DNA of 64,000 bases from Marsupella aquatica (lineage: Eukaryota > Plantae > Marchantiophyta), in NCBI GenBank assembly GCA_973895155.1, contig OZ316893.1, positions 5,470,171 through 5,534,170 of the forward strand. The letters run 5' to 3'. The position numbers and the translations under genes were made by a program. The notes under the pieces were generated by a model. It saw nothing but the letters and a program-made list of their open reading frames with translations, was not told the origin of the DNA and did not search any database. Shown here piece after piece: positions 61,887 to 64,000 of the stretch; positions within the stretch are counted from its first letter, which is position 1, and the number at the start of each line of letters is the position of its first letter.

Positions 61887-63186
61887 ATTTGTCACCCTGG
61901 CAAAAAAGGAGAATAGAAGGAAAAACCCATCAAATAAACGTGACCCTTCTATCTAAGCGATTGTTGGTCCCCGAGTGCAATGTGAGTTTCCCCTAAACGC
62001 TCGACTTCGAAAATTCTTGGATCTCGAGGTTGGAGGTCATTTAATGGCCCCTCCTCGTGCGGCCAGAGATCTCTGTCCGTCTGTCGGTCTGCACGAGCTA
62101 GTAGTAGTGCAATCGCAAGGCGCCTAGAAATAGAGCTCTGCACCTGCACCTGCACATTTCTCTGGCAGATTATGAAAGGTTATGATAATCGCCGTGAAGG
62201 TGGCTCCAAGGTCGCTGCAGAGACGGAATTCACACGGCCTCTATCGTCACGGTTGTCTGCCGAATACATTGATGGAATTGGATGGAGGGAGAGTGCAAAA
62301 CGTTTGATATATTGTCCATATATCGATGAGTTAAACGACTGTAAATGCCATGCTCGAGATATGGCATGCTTCTTTGCTGACGACTTGACGACTACAGTGT
62401 CCATTTGCTTCGGAGCATTTATAGTAAAGGGCTGTACATACATCCCGTGACAACTGTTCGGGAGTGAGTGCGTGCGTGCAGGTTGGCACCAAAGATGATC
62501 TTGAAAGCTTGTTCTTCGGCGTCGACCGAGTCAATTTGCGTCCCCGGGTATAATGCTTATATATGGGAAACTGTCTTGGAGATTGTCCTCGCACTGCAGG
62601 GTCGGTCACACACATAGAAAGCTAATTGGTCTTGTCAAGGGAGCTCTCAGTGAGGGCTATTAGGTAGAATTCGCATCAGAGCTGATCGATCCAGCAGAGT
62701 GGGAGATATGTAGACTTCCAGCCAATGCCGGAAATGATCTCCATTGGTGAAATCTTAAGAAGGGTGGCGTTGTCTATCAATGTGCGTCAGGTGATGACAG
62801 GATGTTGCTGCTCGAGTGGGAGGACGGCATGCACATAAATGTTGGAGTTGTCCAGAATGTCTTTCTCATCCCTGATCTGAAACACAACTTTGCCACTTTA
62901 GACTTGGAAGTCATTCGACCCTGTCGTTCATCCGTAGCAGACAGACATACAGACAGACAGATTCGGTGGTTCCCTTTGCCACTTCAATGGCTAATTGACT
63001 GGGGATGTCTCTAATTTGCATGCTTCGGGGTGTGAGAGATCGCATACAATTAAAGGTAATGTTGGTCTTCTTCTGTTCTTCTCGTTAGCGTCGAGGTACA
63101 TAAGCGATCGTCCGCGTACAGAGACAACCTGGACGTGGCAGTTTTGTACTCGACTCATCAATCTGTTGACTAATGATAAAGTGTTC

Positions 63187-63717
63187 ATGGAGTTGTTCCC
63201 CGATGCAACAACTTTGCGGTTGAAAGGACCTCACGGGAAATACCTCTGGGCGGAGGATGACCACTACCGAACGTCTCAGCACCACGAGAGCCGAAACGCC
63301 AAAGCTTCATGGCGTGTGGAACGGAGTAAGGGTGAAGGGGGCAAGAAGACAGTCCGGTTGAAGAGCTGCTACGACACCTACTTAACCGCCGGTGAGCACC
63401 ACCACCACAATCTGTCAATACTCGGATGTGCTGGAAAGAAAGTTGTGCAAATGCGACCGGAGAACGTTCAATCTTGCCTAACATTCGACTGGGAACCTGT
63501 GTTCGAAGGCCCCTTCTTGAAACTGAAGTCTTGCCACGGCACTTTTCTTCGAGGCAATTCGAGTCTCCCTCCTTGGTGCAATTCCGTTTCTCACGACATT
63601 CCGCGCCACGAAAAGCACCAGAGTTGGCTTCATTGGGAAGTGGAGATCGTTCGAGTCCCCAAAACCGTACCCTTGCATATCCTCCACGAACGTGCAACTG
63701 ATGTGAAAGAATTTTAG
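63187..63717 (+). CDS. DUF569 (actin cross-linking/fascin-like beta-trefoil) protein, 176 aa, intronless
   Basis: MELF..A..LRLK..HGKYLWAEDD, VRLKSCYDTYL, G..GKKVVQ, WEPV, GTFLRGNSSLPPWCNSVSHDIP, W..WEVE. Confidence 0.9.
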   Translation: MELFPDATTLRLKGPHGKYLWAEDDHYRTSQHHESRNAKASWRVERSKGEGGKKTVRLKSCYDTYLTAGEHHHHNLSILGCAGKKVVQMRPENVQSCLTFDWEPVFEGPFLKLKSCHGTFLRGNSSLPPWCNSVSHDIPRHEKHQSWLHWEVEIVRVPKTVPLHILHERATDVKEF

Positions 63718-64000
63718 CCAGCTAGGGTCAGTGTGAAGCGGATGAGAATATGATAGAGTAGACAGAGACTCAGACAATGACTTCTAGACGTGTCTGGAAA
63801 CGATTTTAGAGAAATTGCATGCAGAATTTCAATGACTGTTTCAGGCGAGCCAATGTTAACTCACATTCAGTCTCTTTGGGCAGCATGAAATTTTACACAA
63901 AATTGATCTCGTCAAAAGTTAGGGGACGTCTATTAATGCTAGTGCCTGCAGATGATTTGCGAAGTGGTCACTGTTCAACGTGCTCGCCCTGTCACAAGGA

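Noticed and set aside
62995-63186. N-terminal extension of the DUF569 ORF
   Set aside because: Begins at TTG; family homology starts at MELF (63187)

Overview
Eukaryotic land-plant nuclear DNA with GT-AG introns, a plastid transit peptide and plant TE families. A bryophyte such as a liverwort is plausible but this is only inference. Five apparently intact host genes were reconstructed by hand: a 3-exon GA20ox-like 2-oxoglutarate/Fe(II) dioxygenase, a cinnamoyl-CoA-reductase-like SDR (minus strand, with an internally deleted pseudogene copy about 10 kb away), a 9-exon plastid-targeted Ycf23/DUF561 gene, a 3-exon aldo-keto reductase and an intronless DUF569 gene. There is also one orphan coding-like exon. 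Two young, full-length, related Ty1/copia (Tnt1/Tork-like) elements with 5-bp TSDs dominate the right half; one interrupts a Harbinger-type Myb-like remnant. The window also holds a degenerate LTR relic, LINE and gypsy relics, MITEs and short tandem repeats. The most interesting signal is that both diverged copia elements keep a TGA at the same gag/pol junction, which suggests recoding. They also share a highly conserved non-coding leader block and an unusual Gag N-terminal extension. Exon boundaries and identities were read by eye; no searches were run.
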